Shown piece by piece: positions 15,001-21,000 of a stretch of DNA of 64,000 nucleotides. Every line of letters starts with the position of its first letter. Position 1 is the first letter of the stretch. The notes beneath the pieces were generated by a model. The model searched no databases and was not told where the DNA came from. It saw only the letters and a program-made list of their open reading frames with translations. The translations under genes and the position numbers were made by a program. Where the stretch lies: assembly GCA_027488865.1 (NCBI GenBank), contig JAIYAU010000058.1:2724-66723 (forward strand). The letters are read 5' to 3'. This DNA is from Cytophagaceae bacterium. Its GTDB lineage: Bacteria; Bacteroidota; Bacteroidia; Cytophagales; UBA9547.

Positions 15001-18000
15001 TTTGTTTTACTCCTCCGTTGCTTACAAAAGCTAAATGAGTCCATTTGTTTGGTTCGATTAACGAGGGTGGTGTTTGGCCATATTCCCAGCCTAATGAGGC
15101 AGCATTATCTGTGGCAAAATTTATGGACCCATCATTTATAATGGTAAACACAAACTTAACTTGTCCAAATCCACCAGCCTGTTTGGTTGCAATATTATAA
15201 TAACCATTCAGATCCTTAACTTTAACCCACGTTTCTACTGTGAAATTGCTATTTCCTGCAAAATCCAAAGCAGCTGAGGTTGGCATATTTAAGACATCAT
15301 CCACCCCATCAAAATAAATACCCCTATTGCCTACTGGTTGTGTAGGTAAAACTAAAGGAATAATTGGTTGAGCTGCGCTAAACTCAGAAGTGTTTCTGGC
15401 GGCATCTACCGCTGTAGCTGTAACACTATCGCCTAAGGTGAATGTTCCACTTAATGACCAAGTAGTGCCTGAAGCAAAAACCTTACCCAAAAATGTTTTT
15501 CCTTGAGCCTTGGTATTGGTAGCATAAGGTGCGGCATTAGAATATATGACAATAGAATCTCCCGCCGTACAAGTACCAGAGATGGTAGAAATACTGGCAC
15601 TGGTAATAACCGGTTTGGCTTTGTTGTTATTGGCGCTGGTGAGTAATGAAATCCCTTTAATTGCATTATCAAAAATACTATTTCTATAAATGAAATTACT
15701 TAGTGAGGAAGCATCTTTGATAACAATACCTCCTGCTTGGTTTGATCGGATGGTATTTCCAAAGATGCGACTATTTACCGCAGGACCATCTATTTGTATA
15801 CCTGCACCTACGTTATTAGCGATGATATTTGGAAATGTTCCGTTTTTATTGCCTATTTGGTTAGCATCTACTGAGCCACCATTTGGCGTTAGCCAAATGC
15901 CTTGATCGCCATTGGGAACTGATAATAGGCCGTTGCTGCTTGTACCAATATAGTTATTAACGACAGTATTGTTGTCACCGTCCATCAAGTGAAGTCCATA
16001 ACCTAAATTACCTGAAATTACGTTTCTAAAACCAGCCATTCCAAACCCAATGTTGTTAAAATCAGAGGATTTTACAGTAACCCCAACTCCGTTTGGCATG
16101 GCAGCAGCTCCAGTCCTGTCTACCCCTACAAAATTTCTGATAAGTGCTGTTCTTGTTGCATTTGATAAAAGAATACCATCTTGAACATTACCCGATATTA
16201 TATTAATGTCTTTGGCACTACCACCACCTATGTATATTCCATTAGAAAGAAGCGATGAAACTACCACACCAACGGTGTTTCCTTGAGCCAAACCGCCATC
16301 AGCAGTTCCAATAAAACAACCTTCAACTGTAACTGTATCTATGGTATTGGTTATATTTATACCCTTATCAAAATTGATAAAAGAGATTGCATTAATGGTT
16401 ACTTTTCCCCTTGTACCACTTGGATGGGTAACAGTTAAGCCATCAAAAGATTTATTTATACCATTTAAAATGATCTGTGGTATGGTGGCAACAGAATTAG
16501 AATCGGTATTGTCAATGTAACCCGGTTGTGATCTACCGTCGATAAAAAGGCCCTCTGTTATGGCTGGCAAAGAATAATCGAGGAAAACGATTTTATTACC
16601 AGGAAATTGTAAATCAAACGTGATAGTATCTTTGCCTGGTTTTGTATTGGCATAGTTAATAGCACGGCGTAGGTCTCCACATTGTCCGCCACTAAGAGGG
16701 TAATCATCTGTATCAGTTGTGACTATGAGGGGATTACAAGTCGGGCAGACCACCGCCGAATCAACATGGAACAGCGGCCCTACTTGACCCGAATTATCCA
16801 CTGCTACTACTCCAAACCATAAGGTATCGCAAGTACTGTAGCCTCCTAATCCAAAAGAGGTTGCTAATGGGTTGGTTACCACAGCTACGGGACTAACTGC
16901 GGTATTAATAACGGCAGATTGACTCTGGTAAATACGGAACTCTTTTATATCTGTAGCAATATTGGTAGTCCAGTTCAGGTAAACCGAGTCTCCATCTAAA
17001 GAGCCTCTTGCCATGAGTGTATCGGTATAGGGATACAAGGCTTTGGAAGTTATGCTATTGTGACTTCCTACCCAAGTAAGGTTATTGGCTAATTTTGAAT
17101 TATTAAAAGCCACTGAGCCACTGGGTTCATCCAAGTGGTACAACACTAGCAGACCCGGTTCGTTGCCAACCGCTGGTTTATCTTTGGCCGCATTTATTTG
17201 TGCAGCAGTACGCTCTACGTTCCATATCCGCACCTCATCTAGTTCACCTGAAAATACCCAGCCAAAACCATTGCCTAGTTGTAATACATTTGTAACATTC
17301 AAGACTCCAGTAGGCGCTACCATACTTTCCACCATCTGCCCATCTAAGTAAATCTGAATTAACCCTCCTGACCTAAAGGTTAAGGCAGTATGATGCCACT
17401 CGTTACTTTTAAAGCGAGTGGCATTCCCAAATCCCTTTTGTTCGACGATGCTACCATTATTCACAAAAACCTCATGGTAAAGTGTTGTATTTATAGAACC
17501 TAACACGAAAGAAAAATCGGTTGGAAGGCTTCCTCCTCCTAGTCTTGACAGGGAAACAAATTTTTGGTTATTAATGGAAGAAGTTTTAAACCAAGCTTCT
17601 ACCGTTAACTGGTCTGTGATTGCCGAAAGGTCAGCACCCTGATTTTCTAAGTATGAAGTTGCACTGCCAGTAAATACGCCAGCTCGGCCACTCTCCAAGG
17701 TCGGTACTACCACCATGCTGTCGCTAAATGGAGTATAAGTAGTACCGTCGAAAGCAACTACTTTAAATACATAAGGTTGGTCATTTAACGCCAAGGCTGG
17801 GATCGTATAAGTAGTATCGACAGTAGTTAAGGCGGTAAAAATTCCTGGCCCTAATTGTTTAAAAAATAAATCGTAAGATACAGCTCCTGGCATGGGATTC
17901 CAATGGGTGAGAATGGAGTAATTCTGACCAGAAGGATTTTTTACCGCGTAGGCACGGAAGTTTTGTGGACCTGATGGTGTAACAACCTTGGCTGCTGAAA

Positions 18001-21000
18001 ACTCAGAAGTATTATTCAACACATTTGTAGCGGTAGTTGTAATTCTATCCCCTACTGTAAATGCGCCGGCAAAACTCCAAGAAGAACCTGTGGTAGTAGC
18101 TGTGCCTAAGAATATTCGACCTTGGTTTGTGAGGCCTGATTGTGGAGAATCTTTGTAAACTTCAACAACATCGGCATTACCACATGTACCAGATATTAAC
18201 ACAGAGGATGCGGAAGTAATGTCTGGAGGCGTTATTGCGCTATTACTGCTATTTGAAAGTAAAATACCACTAGAAATATTTCCGAAAATAAAATTATTAG
18301 AAAATCTATTATTTACTGAGCCAGTGCTTGTTACTGCAATCCCATAACCGTTAAATGCTATGATATTTGCCCCGGATGCAAGCCCATTTCCAATGTTATT
18401 GTTTTGACCAGACGAAAAAGGATTGATTAATACACCTTCTCCAAGATTTCCCAAAGGAGAAGTACCATTTGCTTGCACACCAATATAATTGCCTAAAATG
18501 GTATTGTTTGATGAGGTTGAACCGTCTATCCGAATACCCGTCAAAGCTCCGCTGATGATATTGCGCTGGGCTGGGCTTGCTCCCCCAATGATGTTGTTTG
18601 AACTACCCTGTATCACCAAAGCAGTACTACTGGCTGAAGGATAGGAGGCTGTTCCTGCTGCGTTTACTCCTATATAATTACCCTCTATCACATGTCCTGC
18701 TACTCCTGAAAGCCACAATGCTCCTAATCCGCTTGACACACTTTGTGCAATTGACAAGCCTCTAACGGTAGTTGGCAATACACTGTTTAATTGTAAAGTA
18801 TTATTCGCAACTGGTGCATCCAGCTGTATAACAATATTAGCTGGTACGGCGGCAGTGGCTACAGATGCACCAAACGCGCTATACCCGTCTATTACAGCCT
18901 CCTCAGTTACGTTACTGGGAGAACCAATAAATGATTGTATGGTCCATACACCTGCCGAGTAATTTGGATCACTAGTGGGAATACTGAAATCAATATAATT
19001 TTTTCCAGCTAAAGTATTTGCTTGATTTATGACACCTCTAAAACTTTCTAGCCCACTCTCATTGGTATTTGTGACACGAAGGGCATGTAAAGGATCAGAA
19101 GAATTTAATCCAATTGTATTTCCCAAATAACCGTCACCACCAACAATTCCTGAATTTATCAGTGTTTGCCCAACACCTTCATCCATTTCAAAATATGCTT
19201 CTGCACCTATAGGCCCTTGTGTTAGCATATCAGAGGCAATATCAGCATCGCCTCTTGTAAGATAAAATACTCGTAATTGATCTACCAGCATTTTAGCAGG
19301 TACATTTCTACCGAAATCAATATTTCCTAAAATTAAGGGGTTGGGAGAATTGACTGCCCCGGATAAACCTGTCTTTGTAAAAATCAAAGAGCCATCTTTA
19401 AATACTTTTAATATGCCCTGATCGTCATAAGTTAATGCCAAATGCACCCATTTGTTCATTTCAATAACACCAGGTACATCGTCATACAATTGCCTTCCAA
19501 TTTCTGGGCCAAAACTAACTCTTAATGTAGAATAATTGTTAATTTCTAGAGATACTCCATTAGACCCTAAACTAGGTAAGTTACTGATGATATAGGAGTT
19601 ATTATTATTCAACATAGGCTTCAGCCAAAACTCAATGGTGAGATTATCAGTTGAAGGTATTGTTCCAAAAGTGGCTATATCATCTACCCCATCAAAATAT
19701 AAGCCTTGGTTACCTGCTGGTTGGGTAGTAGGTATAACTACTGCATTAACTACTGGTTTGGCAGCTGAAAACGATGAGCTGTTGTTTGATAAGGAAGTCG
19801 CGATGGCAGTTACATTATCTCCTAAGTTAAAAGTACCTGTAAACGTCCAGTTACCAGAACCATCCGTCAGTGTAGTACCTACAAAATTTGTACCTTGCTC
19901 AGGAATGCAACCACTGCCATCTAGATAGATATCCACAACATCCCCTATCGCAGCAGTTCCAGTTATTGATGTGGTGGTTGCTGTAAGTATGATAGGCGGG
20001 GCTTGATTATCGTTAGCCGCTCCAGTAAGTTTGATACCTGCATTAACATTACAATAAATTTTATTACCCCTAATTTGATTCTGTACACCTGTGGGCTCTA
20101 CATAAACCCCATCAAAATAACCATAAGCAATGATATTGGGTTCTCCTGCACCTATACCTCCTACAAGATTCCGATTTGATTCTAACGAAATTCCGTTGTT
20201 ATTAGGTACCGAGATTGTGTTGTCGGTGCCTACTCCAATTCTGTTATTGTAAAACGTGTTATTGTCACTTGATAAACCTTTAACCATTATTGCATAATCT
20301 AACCCAGCGAAATAGTTATTAGAAACTAAGGAATTGGCTGCGTTAATATATATACCTACCGCATCAAAGGTGGTTAAAGAACTAGATAATCCATCATTAT
20401 TGAGACCTATGAAATTATTGACCACCCTATTATTATTGGCAGTCAATAAAATGCCATTGCTAGCGTTCGCATAAATCAGATTTCGATCAGCATTTAAGTT
20501 TGTTCCAATTGAATTGTTTATACCATAAATGGAAATACCATTGCCCAAAGCATTAACAACAGTTCCATCTGCCTTAGCATTAATTTTACATCCTTTTATA
20601 AAATTGCCAGAAGAGGCTATATCAAAACAGGTTGCACTAAACCCATAGATAGCAAGCCCTCTAAAAATAGCTCTCCCATTGATACCTACATCAATGCCAT
20701 TATCCACACCAAGAAGCCCGGATATTTCAATAGTATGTGTACTGTTATCAGTGGTAGTGGCGGTGTTGGGCTTACTACCAAATTGGGAATAGCCATCTAT
20801 AAATAAAGAATCTTCCGTAATAACTACTTTATTTTCTAAAGTAATGGTGGCCACTCCTGAAACATAATTAGGATCCGTGGCTGGAATACTGAAATCAATA
20901 TAGCTTTTGGTAAGATCAGAATTTGATAGTTTGATTGCATTTCTAAAACTACCAGTTGGAGGATTTGCAGCTAATGCGTCTTCAAGCGTATTTGTTACGC